Positions 21,378 to 32,315 of a DNA stretch of 64,000 nt are shown here, one piece after another. The notes beneath the pieces were generated by a model. It ran no database searches and was not told the origin of the DNA. It saw only the letters and a list, made by a program, of their open reading frames with translations. Position numbers and translations under genes: made by a program. Where the stretch lies: positions 2,752,001 to 2,816,000 of the forward strand of contig OZ255836.1 of the NCBI GenBank assembly GCA_965277715.1, read 5' to 3'. This DNA comes from Gammaproteobacteria bacterium. Its GTDB lineage: Bacteria; Pseudomonadota; Gammaproteobacteria; JBCCGL01. Numbering within the stretch: position 1 is the stretch's first letter; each line of letters begins with the position of its first letter.

Positions 21378-24300
21378 TCAAAACCACGCTTTTAGAACGT
21401 GTTTTTTACTGACGCGCGTCTTAATACAAGGAAAACGCAGCCACAACGACAGTAGTAACAGCGTTAATAGACCAGTCAGTTCGATAATAGTCATGGCGCC
21501 ACCACCACCACCGCCGCCGCTGCTGCTGCTAGTGTCACTACCACTACCAACATTTCCGGGGTCAGCTATTTGACCATTGGTGGCATTATCCGCATCGTTG
21601 GGGCCACCATCAGTAATCGTTAGGCGTAAGCAGTTATTGCCTACCACTAGATTTGACTGCCAGCTGGCATCATCATAATCCGGGCAAGTACTCGTACCTA
21701 TACTCATCGTCGATGCCAATGCATCAGTGGCACCATTGCTATTGACTGTGGTGGTATCAAAATTTACCCAGCCCGAACGACCAGAATTAGTCAGTGCTAT
21801 GGGTAAATATTTTCGATAAACCGGGTTTATCGGTAGGGGCACACTGAGTGGAATAACCACATTGACCTGTTGACCGGCTACCGGCAGATTGAGCACTTCA
21901 AAGTCCACAATATCGCCGACACGCGATACGGTATCAGCAGGAAGAATTTCAGACCCAGAAGCATTCTGTGCCTGTGGTGTCACTGCCGCATTAAAACCCG
22001 TCGCGGCGCTTGAATTCGTGACAGCCGAGGCAAAGGCAATATTACCCAGACGTAAACTGACACCTGGCTCAGAGGTCACAAAACGAGACTCAGCCGTATC
22101 AATAGGCAGCAACTGGCTATTGTTATCCAGACGTTCAAGAAAGTTGGGCACCCGGTCACCGTCATCATCAGCCAGGCCCTCTGCCATATCGTCTTCTCCA
22201 TCGTTATCCCGATCCGAGCTGTTAGTCAAACCAGGGTCAGCCAATACCCTAAGCTGCAACTGCGTGCGTACTGTGGCAACACTATCCGAGACAGATAAGA
22301 TAACCACGGCAATACCTGCCTGGGCCGGAGCCGTAGCCATAACCGATGGAGTGTTGGTGTTCGGTACAACAATACCTGTGGAGGCACTCCAGTCATAGGT
22401 CAGGGTGTCGCCATTGGTATCTGTGGCATTGGCGTTGATAGTAATGGTACTCCCTGCCACAACAGATGAAACTGCTTTACTGCTGTTATTGATTGTGGAC
22501 GTTACTGTTAGTTCTGTTTGTGGTGCAATATTGTCGCTGATAACATTAATAGTCTGGGTACTATTAGCTCCGGAGGTAACCCGTTCAATAACCGGGTTTA
22601 TATTGTTATCGTTTTGTACAAATACCGCAGCGCTATTGTTCACCTGCAAAGTAATACTGCCAGTATTGGCACCAATGGCCAGGTTGATACGACTGCTCAA
22701 CTGATTTGGCGCAAAGCTGAAAGTGCCAGTACTGCTTACGGTATTGGTTGAGTTGCCGGTACTATTGGCTGTTATCCTATAGGGCACTGTCAAGGTGGAA
22801 GTACGATCAACCGGGTTACCGTTGAGGGTCAGAACCACGCTCGCCGTACCATTGGTGGACGTCGTGATATTTTCCGAATTAAAGGATACTCTCGGTATCA
22901 CATTAATAACCTGGGTTGCACCACCACCTAATGGCCAGTTGCCATTACTGTCTACGGCTATCCACCACAATGAGTGGGCGCCCGCTAACAGTAACAGGTT
23001 ATTGTTATTATCACGTCGCACAGCTTGACAAGCGGATGCAAAATTAGCGGGTAGAACTGTGCCAGTACACCGACCCGTACGAAAATAGGCTGAGGCAGGC
23101 ACAGTCAGTGTCGCTGAGGTTGACCCATTACTGTTGCTGGCAGTAGCAGCTGGCACGGCCGTGAAAACCGCCGTCGATATGACATTAACCGGTGTACTCA
23201 GGCTAATCACTGGGCGACTGTCACCAACCGACACCGTACTGTGATTGGAGATAGCAGGGTTTAAACCAATGCCCACTTCGACGACATCGGGTATACCATT
23301 ATTATTGGTATCGGTAGTTTGAGTCACATCAGCGCCATTGCCAATAAAGGTTTCCACATCATCGCTAATACCATCGGCATCACTGTCTGTAGCGCTACTA
23401 TCTGCGCTTTGTAGACTATCCGCGAGGCCGTCATTATCGACATCTACTGCCGACAATGTTCTGAACGTCGTGCTTGTGTAGTTGCTGCGATTGTTCTGCG
23501 TATCTGCCACAACAACGCTAATAGTATGAGAGTGGCCTGGCACCAAGTCACTAAAAGTGGCGCTGGTCGCTGATACTGACAATGTTTGGATACTATTGGT
23601 TATGGTATCGGTTACCGTCACCGTATAAGTCACTGGATTGGCATCGGTCGCAGCGTTCCAATTGATAGCCACCCCATTGGGTGTCGCTGTCACTGTGAGC
23701 GTAGTATCTGCGGGTAAGACGGGCGCATCTCTATCTGCTGGGGCGATATTAACGGTGATGCTAGGGGTGGTGGTCAAGTTGCCGCCATTGCCATCATTGC
23801 CACTGATAGTAATACTTGTGGCGGTTGTATTGTTTAGCGCCGTTGTATAACTCACATTGGACGTGGTATCCAAAAAGGTATTGAGATTGGCTGGGCTACC
23901 GGCAAGGATCAAGCCAGCTGTTCCCGAACCGCTGACAGTCACACCACCTGAGGTGCCATTACCCGATGCGGCGGCTAAGGTGCCTGAGGCAGCCGTCAAG
24001 GTAATGGTTAGGGCATCGCCATCAATATCGGCAAAGGTAGTGGCAGATAAATTGATAGTCGTCGCTACATTTTCAATCACCATTACCGTTGCAGGCGTAC
24101 CGGTGATGGTGGGTGCATCATTCGCTGGAGTGATATTAACGGTGATGCCAGGGTTGGTGGTCAAGTCACCACTATTGCCATCATTGCCAGTGATAGTAAT
24201 GCTTGTGGCGGCTGTATTGTTTAGCGCCGTTGTATAGGCCACATTGGTGGTGGTATCTAAAAAAGTATTGAGATTGGCTGGGCTACCGGCAAGGATCAAG

Positions 24301-26219
24301 CCAGCTGTTCCCGAACCGCTGACAGTCACGCCTGCGGCGGTGCCATTGCCCGATGCGGTGGCTAAGGTGCCCGAAGCAGCCGTCAAGGTGATGGTCAGGG
24401 TATCGCCATCGACATCGGCAAAGGTACTGGCAGATAAATCGATATCAGTGGCTATATCTTCAGTCACCGTGACCATTGCGGGCGTACCGGTGATGGTGGG
24501 TGCATCATTCGCTGGAGTGATATTAACGGTGATGCCAGGGTTGGTGGTCAAGTTGCCGCCATTGCCATCATTGCCACTGATAGTAATACTTGTGGCGGTT
24601 GTATTGTTTAGCGCCGTTGTATAACTCACATTGGTGGTGGTATCTAAAAAAGTATTGAGATTGGCTGGGCTACCGGCAAGTACCAGAGCAGCTGTTCCCG
24701 AATCGCTGACAGTCACACCACCTGAGGTGCCATTACCCGATGCGGCGGCTAAGGTGCCTGAGGCAGCCGTCAAGGTGATGGTTAGGGCATCGCCATCAAT
24801 ATCGGCAAAGGTGCTGGTAGATAAATCGATACTAGTCGCTACATCTTCAGCCACCGTTACCGTTGCAGGCGTACCGGTGATGGTGGGTGCATCATTCGCT
24901 GGGGTGATATTAACGGTGATGCCAGGGTTGGTGGTCAAGTCACCACTATTGCCATCATTGCCAGTGATAGTAATGCTTGTGGCAGTTGTATTGTTTAGCG
25001 CCGTGGTATAGGTCACATTGGTGGTGGTATCTAAAAAAGTATTGAGGTTGGCTGGGCTACCGGCAAGGATCAAGCTAGCTGTTCCCGAACCGCTAGCAGT
25101 TACGCCGCCTGAGGTGCCATTGCCCGATGCGGTGGCTAAGGTGCCCGAAGCAGCCGTCAAGGTGATGGTTAGGGTATCGCCATCGACATCGGCAAAGGTG
25201 CTGGCAGATAAATCGACATCAGTGGCTACATCTTCAGTCACCGTTACCATTGCGGGCGTACCGGTGATGGTGGGTGCATCATTCACTGCGGTGATATTAA
25301 CGGTGATACCAGGGGTGGTAGTCAAGTTGCCACCATTACCATCACCACCACTGATAGTAATGCTTGTGGCGGTTGTATTGTTTAGCGCCGTTGTATAACT
25401 CACATTGGTGGTGGTATCTAAAAAAGTATTGAGATTGGCTGGGCTACCGGCAAGTACCAGAGCAGCTGTTCCCGAACCGCTGACAGTCACGCCTGCGGCG
25501 GTGCCATTACCTGATGCGGTGGCCAGAGTGCCTGAGGCAGCAGTCAGGGTCGCAGTTATAGTATTGTTTTCAGCATCAGCAAAAGTGCTGGCAGATAAGT
25601 CGATACTGGTGGCTACATCTTCAGTCACCGTTACCGACGCAGGCACACTCGTTATGGTTGGCGGCGTATTAGATACAAGCGCCCTGATATCGGATATGGT
25701 AAAACCGCTTAATACAGCGTTAACACTATCATTCGATCCCTGGAATGAGAGCGAAACCGAGAATTGGGTGATATTATCAAATCTACCTGCTGTAGTATCC
25801 AGGCTGACTACGTTTGACAATGAACTCGAACCGACCATAAAGGTTTCTTGTGCACCATTACTGGCATTAATCACAACATTCATGGTACGTGTACTTCCAA
25901 AATCGAAGGCCCGAATCTGATCCAGGTCAAACGTCGCAAGATCAGTATTATCTGCGGTAAATGTCCAAGTGTGCTCACTTATGCTGATATTAGTCTCTCT
26001 TGCCAAGCCATTAACAAAACCCGAGTTAGTCGAGCTGAAAGCTGCCATATCTCCTACTGACGTAAGACCAATGGTAAACCCGTCGTTCGTATTGCCGTTC
26101 GTGTTATTGGAATAGTAGGCTGCATCAGTATTGTGAACAGTGGGTATGGTGGCAAACGCACTGGTGCTCAAACTTGCCAAGAGCACACTAAAGGTAAGGA
26201 AACAGGGTTTTTTATACAT
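21378..26219 (-). CDS. Large repetitive surface protein/adhesin with GlyGly-CTERM
   Basis: Signal peptide; five ~129-aa cadherin/Ig-like repeats (NDAPT); FN3-like domain; DxDxDG Ca-binding repeats; CLRLTITDGGPNDAD..G.I.DPG anchor-type domain; poly-G + TM + basic tail. Confidence 0.8.
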   Translation of the reverse strand: MYKKPCFLTFSVLLASLSTSAFATIPTVHNTDAAYYSNNTNGNTNDGFTIGLTSVGDMAAFSSTNSGFVNGLARETNISISEHTWTFTADNTDLATFDLDQIRAFDFGSTRTMNVVINASNGAQETFMVGSSSLSNVVSLDTTAGRFDNITQFSVSLSFQGSNDSVNAVLSGFTISDIRALVSNTPPTITSVPASVTVTEDVATSIDLSASTFADAENNTITATLTAASGTLATASGNGTAAGVTVSGSGTAALVLAGSPANLNTFLDTTTNVSYTTALNNTTATSITISGGDGNGGNLTTTPGITVNITAVNDAPTITGTPAMVTVTEDVATDVDLSASTFADVDGDTLTITLTAASGTLATASGNGTSGGVTASGSGTASLILAGSPANLNTFLDTTTNVTYTTALNNTTATSITITGNDGNSGDLTTNPGITVNITPANDAPTITGTPATVTVAEDVATSIDLSTSTFADIDGDALTITLTAASGTLAAASGNGTSGGVTVSDSGTAALVLAGSPANLNTFLDTTTNVSYTTALNNTTATSITISGNDGNGGNLTTNPGITVNITPANDAPTITGTPAMVTVTEDIATDIDLSASTFADVDGDTLTITLTAASGTLATASGNGTAAGVTVSGSGTAGLILAGSPANLNTFLDTTTNVAYTTALNNTAATSITITGNDGNSGDLTTNPGITVNITPANDAPTITGTPATVMVIENVATTINLSATTFADIDGDALTITLTAASGTLAAASGNGTSGGVTVSGSGTAGLILAGSPANLNTFLDTTSNVSYTTALNNTTATSITISGNDGNGGNLTTTPSITVNIAPADRDAPVLPADTTLTVTATPNGVAINWNAATDANPVTYTVTVTDTITNSIQTLSVSATSATFSDLVPGHSHTISVVVADTQNNRSNYTSTTFRTLSAVDVDNDGLADSLQSADSSATDSDADGISDDVETFIGNGADVTQTTDTNNNGIPDVVEVGIGLNPAISNHSTVSVGDSRPVISLSTPVNVISTAVFTAVPAATASNSNGSTSATLTVPASAYFRTGRCTGTVLPANFASACQAVRRDNNNNLLLLAGAHSLWWIAVDSNGNWPLGGGATQVINVIPRVSFNSENITTSTNGTASVVLTLNGNPVDRTSTLTVPYRITANSTGNSTNTVSSTGTFSFAPNQLSSRINLAIGANTGSITLQVNNSAAVFVQNDNNINPVIERVTSGANSTQTINVISDNIAPQTELTVTSTINNSSKAVSSVVAGSTITINANATDTNGDTLTYDWSASTGIVVPNTNTPSVMATAPAQAGIAVVILSVSDSVATVRTQLQLRVLADPGLTNSSDRDNDGEDDMAEGLADDDGDRVPNFLERLDNNSQLLPIDTAESRFVTSEPGVSLRLGNIAFASAVTNSSAATGFNAAVTPQAQNASGSEILPADTVSRVGDIVDFEVLNLPVAGQQVNVVIPLSVPLPINPVYRKYLPIALTNSGRSGWVNFDTTTVNSNGATDALASTMSIGTSTCPDYDDASWQSNLVVGNNCLRLTITDGGPNDADNATNGQIADPGNVGSGSDTSSSSGGGGGGGAMTIIELTGLLTLLLLSLWLRFPCIKTRVSKKHVLKAWF
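23736..25670 (-). repeat. Five intragenic 387-bp tandem repeats
   Basis: Period of 387 bp visible in DNA and in mirrored antisense ORFs; boundaries approximate. Confidence 0.85.
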
Positions 26220-26339
26220 AGAGTCTGGCTCGTAATAGTTTTTTAAAATCGTTAAGGTCGCAGCAAGCTAGACTAGTTTTTCGATAATGTAAACTTAAAT
26301 AATGCTTTTTATGAAAGATGAATGAAAGGGGTCAGGCAA

Positions 26340-27905
26340 GAATGGCACTTCCTTAAGCTCTAAGTACATGAAAAATATGGAAGTATTTTCATTGTAAATG
26401 ACCTATTTCTGTTTTTTGGGATGGCCATATTTTTTAACAACACTTCTGGCCACGTTCCTTGGCTGCATCAATAAAGGATATGGTTTGGGTCTTCGTTTAA
26501 CCACTCTTGGTTCAATACGCCCCGGTCGATTACCCACACAGTTTTCTGCAATCAACGCACATAGCGCCAACACCTTATCACTACCCAGAGGGCTACTGCC
26601 TTTCTGATAACGATACGCTACCCAAATTTGTAACGTATGCTTAAAACTTATCTGTCGAGGCAGTATGTCCACTAGTAAGGCAGATTGCGCCATTAATAAG
26701 CGAATAAGGTTGTAAGCTAATATGTGTACCCACATTTCCTTCTCAACCATTTCTGGCGTCTTACAACGGAAGGTGTGCATCTTCATTGTCGTTTTTATAT
26801 GGCGTAAATCAAGTTCGACATGCCAGCGTTCTTTGTAGAGCTGTTTAAGCGCCTCTTTAGACGCCGATTTAACTGATAACAACGTTGTCACCAACAGTTT
26901 TTTACCCACTTTCAGTTCACGTATAACCACTTCATCAGCAGCCGCTTCATAGGCTTCTTCGCTCATCCACTCTGGTCTCTTCTTGGGCTTTGTATAACAA
27001 ATCAGGTGATCCTTCGATCCAAGCCTTTTGCCTTCTCGAAAATCTGTGGATTTACGCCGCGCACCATGCGGCTCAAATACACCGTCTACTCCTTGCTCTA
27101 TAAGGTTTGCTAGAAAAAAATAACCCGCAAAATAGGCATCACCCACCACAATATCACCCGGTTTAAGCGCATTTTGTATTTTTCTCAATAACGTTTGCTC
27201 ATCCGCTCCCTTACCTTTAAAAGGACCCATTGCCGCATCGAGAACACCACCACTGGCTAAACAAATAATTCCTACCCAGCGACAAAGAGGAAAACCGATC
27301 CCCACTTGCTGGCCTGACTGTTGCGGATAAACTACCTGATTTTCAGGCGTATCGGGCATTGTCACAGTGGTGCCGTCAACCAATTTAACTGAACGCCCTT
27401 GCCAGTGCCAGTGACTGGCCGCTTCATTCGCCACACACTCGCCTGTACAACGGGCAAGCCCTGAGACGAGGGGGGTTGGCAGCCTTTGTCGCGCTTTACA
27501 ATAACTCCCTGTATACGTATTACTCACTGATAAACCTTCACTTAATCGCTGTACAGCGAGTGTGTTGACAGCTTGTTGGCAGGACTGATCTGCACTCATT
27601 GTTTGGTATAAAAACAGCGATAAGGTGTCTAGAGGAGGATAGCGACGCGCTCGAAAATCCGGTTGTAATTCTTCCAGTTTCGTAAGTAACTGAGAGGATG
27701 TCAGCAAGTGATAAAAACTCAATGCATCCGAGGATTGAGCTCGGCTTTTGATGCGACGTTGAAGAATGTTGACTTTTACATTACTCTGCATGATGGCTGG
27801 TTCCTGTGGGATAAAGGGTATTTGTGTTGGCAATAAATAACCTACCATAGAACCAGCTTTTTTTGTAATTACTTCAAATACTTACAGCTTAAGGAAGTGC
27901 CATTC
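26340..27905 (-). mobile_element. IS4-family element B copy 1 (1566 bp; transposase 26403..27848)
   Basis: 18-bp IR GAATGGCACTTCCTTAAG; DGT, GDAYF, YKERWHVELDLRHIK. Confidence 0.9.
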
Positions 27906-27916
27906 TAGCCTGACCC

Positions 27917-28124
27917 GAATGGCACTTCCTTAAGCTGTAAGTATTTGAAAGTATTGGTACTACATGCTTGGTTCAGATAACTTGGCATATGGTTCTTGAA
28001 AGCAATATTTGTAAAACTATCCCGGTTATCATTGGCGGCAACTTTCAAAATATCATTTTTTTTCTTAGAAATAATAAATAAACTCTTTACTATCAGTTGC
28101 TTACGTCTTAAGGAAGTGCCATTC
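27917..28124. mobile_element. 208-bp MITE sharing IS4-B terminal IRs
   Basis: GAATGGCACTTCCTTAAG...CTTAAGGAAGTGCCATTC with a non-coding interior. Confidence 0.85.
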
Positions 28125-28208
28125 GGGTCAATGCAGTTATTTCCTATACTTCTTGCTGGAAATCACTGTTTTTATCCGTATTAGTCGTTGTATGGTGAAT
28201 AATAAGCC

Positions 28209-29489
28209 TGATGGGATGGACCCGCTCCCTTTGAATCGGCATCACAATGTGCCAAGATTGAGCGGTAACACAACCAATCTATTATCACCTAATAAAAGGT
28301 AGGAGCGAGTCCATGAACGAGAATATCACCCGATTGGGTATTGATCTAGCCAAAACTATTTTTCAAGTGTGTGGTGCTAATAAACACGGTAAAGTGGTGT
28401 TTAATAAAAAAACTTAAACGCGATCAGCTACCGTCTTATATCGCCAATGTACCGGCCTGTGAGGTGGTGATGGAAGCGTGTGCGACGTCCAGTTATTGGT
28501 CGCAGGTTTTCACACGCTACGGCCATACAGTCAAACTCATTAACCCAGCCTATGTACGCCCTTACGTTAAAACAAAGAAGAACGATGCAGCGGATGCAGA
28601 GGCGCTGTGTGAAGCAGCCTCACGTCCGAGTATGCGATTTGTTCAGCCCAAAACACCCGACCAACAAGACAGCCAATTACTCCACCGGGTGCGCAGTCGG
28701 CTAGTGTCAAAACGGACGAGTTTAAGTAATCAGATAAGAGGGTTACTGGGTGAGTATGGGCTGATTATTCCGGTGGGTATTCACCACGTTCACCAGCACT
28801 TGCCTGCGCTTTTAGAGGATGCTGAAAACGGGTGTAGGGCCTCTGGTCGCCACTGCTTTGTTTGTAGCAATGGGTGATCCGGGTTTTTATAAAAATGGGC
28901 GTGAGTTTTCCGCCTTTTTGGGTCTCGTTCCTCGTCAATATAGTTCGGGGGGCAAAACACAACTCAAAGGTATCAGTAAACGCGGAGACGAACACGTGCG
29001 CACTTTGTTGATACAGGGGGCGCAAGCGGCATTAAGTCGAATGCCTAAACACGATGATGGGCTAAGTCGTTGGGCCTGTCGTGTCAAAGCACGTCGGGGC
29101 CATTGTATGGCGGCGGTGGCATTGGCCAATAAGCTCGCCAGAATTAGCTGGGCGGTAGCGGCTAATAATACAACTTACGTGCATAAAACGGCTTAATAAC
29201 GTCGTTGAAGATTTCTTACCACGAGGTAGCGAAAGAGCAGTAAAGGGTATAACAGGTTAAACCGGCTCAGACAGAACCTGGAGGGGTCATGGTCTTCACA
29301 GACCGATTGCTTGATGAGGTGTCTGAGCACGGTTCCCATTATGGCTCTGGACGGATAAACAAATACGATCCGTCCTATCGAGAAGCCGGATATATGACTG
29401 CTAACCTTATTTACTGTGTCTGCTCTGAACGCTAAAAAATGAATAAACGATTAAAAAATTGTTGAATTTAACTGCGGGTCCATATATGA
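28209..29489 (+). mobile_element. IS110-family (IS1111 group) element, transposase 28313..29196 frameshifted and deleted
   Basis: GIDLAK, VMEAC, KNDAADAEA DEDD motifs; subterminal IRs ATGGACCCGC (28216) / GCGGGTCCAT (29474); TGA core at both ends; ~290-bp 3' non-coding end. Confidence 0.9.
29262..29401 (+). ncRNA. Putative bridge/seekRNA with target- and donor-binding loops
   Basis: Stem CTCAGACA(GAA)CCT/AGGTGTCTGAG enclosing AGGGGTCA and TTGCTTGA; second loop with TCCCATTA and ATATATGA. Confidence 0.7.
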
Positions 29490-29608
29490 CCCCTTTTCTT
29501 TTCTTTCCCTTTTCCTTTCCAGATTAAAATACCCTCGATACTATTTTTTATTTCCAGAATTTTTTAGTGCCTTTATATAATGCCTGTCCTTAATCATTTC
29601 TTTTAGAC

Positions 29609-30805
29609 CTATTTTTTACTCTTGAACTCACCGTCAGACGAAGTTTTGACCTGCCCAGCGACTATTACCTCAATATCTCCATTGTCACCGGATGAACCAT
29701 CATTGCCTGACGATCCAGAGTTTCCTGGTGAGCCGTTAGACCCGACTCTTCCCGCTGACTTGCAAGGTCCACTAAGTGCTCCCTCAGCGCCTCCAGTTCC
29801 TTCATTACCGCCTGAACCACCCTTCCCATGAGAACCAGGCAAACCACCTTTTGTCACAATGGTTACCGAGCCTGATATTGATTGGGCTTCAACAAATGCT
29901 GGCCCACCATTACCGCCATTTCCTGCATTTCCACCTGCGCCTCCATCTCCTCCGTTTCCACCGTCGCCACCTTTTTTAGGGCCTTCTTGACAATCACCGA
30001 CATAGCCGATACTAATTCCTGCCAAAGACGGTTGTCCCTGACCACCATTTCCCCCATTACCACCTTTGCCTCCTCGGCCACCATTTCCGCCATTTTGGCC
30101 TCTGTTAGATATGATAATGTTTGCCGAGATATCGTTGGCAACTATCTTCACCTTTCCAGCCGATTGCCCCGATTGGCCCGAAGTACCATTATTTCCGTTT
30201 TCACCATTGCTCCCATCTTGGCCTGAGCCACCATTGCCATGCCTACCTTTCCTTCCATCTTCTACATTACCACCGTTTCCTGCTCGGCCCGGGGAATACG
30301 ACCTAATTTGTGCGCTGCCACCAATCAAGTTGTTCACTTTTAGTGAAACATCGAACCCGTTGGTAATCACTTCGCCTGTAAATTCATAATCAGAGGCGGG
30401 GTCGTTAACAATAAGTGGCGCATCAAGAGAAATGGCTGAAATGGTTTTAATCGGGGCCTTTACGATAATTAATTGTTTTTTTTGTATTGACTTGCTTCCG
30501 TCGCTAGCTATGACTTTTATTTCAAACTGACCAGGGACAGGAAAACTGAAATCGTATGTATTTAGGTCGCCTTCTGTTTGAAGTTCATTGTCCAGATACC
30601 AAGAGATTTTTATTTCGTCATTATCAGGATCAAAGGCGTTTGCATTTGCTACCACCCTCAGTGGTGCATCTCCTTTTGTCGCGCTTAACTCTATGCTTAA
30701 CTGTGGTGGCTCGTTGATGAGGCCTCGAATAATATCTGGCGCCAACCCAATCAATGCAGCAAGTACTCCGCCTCCGATTAATACACCGATGATGATTTTC
30801 TTCAT
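29609..30805 (-). CDS. Membrane-anchored PKD-domain protein with collagen-like Gly-X-Y repeats
   Basis: N-terminal TM, DPDND...W..D PKD pattern, long GxxGxxG runs. Confidence 0.75.
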   Translation of the reverse strand: MKKIIIGVLIGGGVLAALIGLAPDIIRGLINEPPQLSIELSATKGDAPLRVVANANAFDPDNDEIKISWYLDNELQTEGDLNTYDFSFPVPGQFEIKVIASDGSKSIQKKQLIIVKAPIKTISAISLDAPLIVNDPASDYEFTGEVITNGFDVSLKVNNLIGGSAQIRSYSPGRAGNGGNVEDGRKGRHGNGGSGQDGSNGENGNNGTSGQSGQSAGKVKIVANDISANIIISNRGQNGGNGGRGGKGGNGGNGGQGQPSLAGISIGYVGDCQEGPKKGGDGGNGGDGGAGGNAGNGGNGGPAFVEAQSISGSVTIVTKGGLPGSHGKGGSGGNEGTGGAEGALSGPCKSAGRVGSNGSPGNSGSSGNDGSSGDNGDIEVIVAGQVKTSSDGEFKSKK

Positions 30806-30814
30806 GATGTGCCC

Positions 30815-30985
30815 TTATTTCGACATGTCTTTTTGAGGATTTCTTCTTGTAACAATATTGCTTTGCCTATGACTTTTGCATCTCTCTTTAGGGCGGCCCC
30901 CAACTTTGCCTCTTTGTAAATCAACAGTAGAACAGCCGGAAGCCCCGGAGACTGCGACAGCAATAATTCCATACTTAATTTTCAT
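30815..30985 (-). CDS. Small putative lipoprotein (56 aa)
   Basis: Manual translation MKIKYGIIAVAVSGASGC..., GGAGG RBS; below the ORF track cut-off. Confidence 0.4.
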   Translation of the reverse strand: MKIKYGIIAVAVSGASGCSTVDLQRGKVGGRPKERCKSHRQSNIVTRRNPQKDMSK

Positions 30986-31001
30986 CTATATCCTCCGATC
31001 A

Positions 31002-32315
31002 TCAGTGTTTCAAAATTCCTGGCTGTCGAGGTTTTAAATGCCTCACTAAGCTATGCATAATAGTTCTAAGGGACTTTCTTGTCATTATTGCATTTTGCAG
31101 AGAGCGGATGGTGAATGAGCATATACGGGTAATTCTAGCGTAAAAAAACAATGGATTAACAAAGCCGCCTTTTTTCTGGGCAATTTGTTGTCTCTTATCA
31201 AGCATTTTAGTGTATTTTTTATCAGATGGATGAATACATTCCAGGTTTTTTGTTTTTGATATTTCTTCAAAAATACGCATGATATTATAGGCCATAGCAG
31301 TAAAACGCATTTGACTGTTCAGCGCATTCAGGTTTGAAGACCAGGCTTTTCTTTCGGTGAAATCACTTTTACTATTGTTGAATGATTTTTCTATCGTCCA
31401 ACGCTTGTAATAGAGCATAGCAATAGTGCCTGGGTTAATTGACTCTGGTAGCGTTGAAATAAATTGATGTAATTGACCTGTTTCTGGGTCGCGGTATTTA
31501 ACAATATGAAATTGAACCTTTTTATTTTTATATACACTATAGCCTTCAACCCCTGTATTAATTTCACTACCCTGGTCATAGGGTATAGAGTTGACAAAAG
31601 TTGCAACTGCATTTTCTTTGAGTACTGAAATCATAAAATTCTGATGCTGTTTTTGCTTTTCCCACCATGCATAATCAGTCACCGCCTTATCGTATATATA
31701 GAGATGCTTTTGCCAAGTCTCTTTTTCGCCACAACGTTGTTCAATATAAGAACGTAACGCGGGTATTTCCTGGTGCCGTTCAGTACCGTTAGTCACGACA
31801 CAAAGTGGTCTTAGAAGTCCATTTCTGAGGTTCAAGGCATGAATAAAGCCTGCTGCGAAGACGTTGCCCTGACGATTTTTCTCTGTGTGACAAGCATGCT
31901 GTATAAAATGACCATCAGCTGCTTCTACTCGATATTCTTCAAGTTCAGGAAATTGTTTTAAATAATCAATGTCCAAAGAAGATAATTTCTCACTTTGCAG
32001 TTGATAGCTTTGCTTTTCCATGGCTTGCATCATCTTCATCCGTCTTGTCGACTTCAATGCGTTAAAATAGCTTGAATGACAAATTGTCTCGTCGTATATT
32101 TCATCCGTAACCTGTAGATAGTGACGACCACTATGTACAAGACTTATACAGCGAAGTAACCCATGGCGAGAAAAAGCTACGTCATCAATGGCATCACATG
32201 ATCTTTTCCATAAAGGGAAGCGTTCAGCAGCAATTGCTTTTTCCATACTTATTTTACAGTGTTCGGTGATATATTCTTCAACGGTCATCATTTCGTTCAT
32301 ATTCAATTTGCCCAT
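31002..32315 (-). CDS. IS4-family DDE transposase (third family)
   Basis: AADG, IYDKA, YYKRWTIEKSFNNSK (Y-2-R-3-E-6-K); IRs not resolved. Confidence 0.75.
   Translation of the reverse strand: MGKLNMNEMMTVEEYITEHCKISMEKAIAAERFPLWKRSCDAIDDVAFSRHGLLRCISLVHSGRHYLQVTDEIYDETICHSSYFNALKSTRRMKMMQAMEKQSYQLQSEKLSSLDIDYLKQFPELEEYRVEAADGHFIQHACHTEKNRQGNVFAAGFIHALNLRNGLLRPLCVVTNGTERHQEIPALRSYIEQRCGEKETWQKHLYIYDKAVTDYAWWEKQKQHQNFMISVLKENAVATFVNSIPYDQGSEINTGVEGYSVYKNKKVQFHIVKYRDPETGQLHQFISTLPESINPGTIAMLYYKRWTIEKSFNNSKSDFTERKAWSSNLNALNSQMRFTAMAYNIMRIFEEISKTKNLECIHPSDKKYTKMLDKRQQIAQKKGGFVNPLFFYARITRICSFTIRSLQNAIMTRKSLRTIMHSLVRHLKPRQPGILKH

Noticed and set aside
23638-25920. Series of 126-aa plus-strand ORFs
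   Set aside because: Antisense shadows of the adhesin's 387-bp repeats
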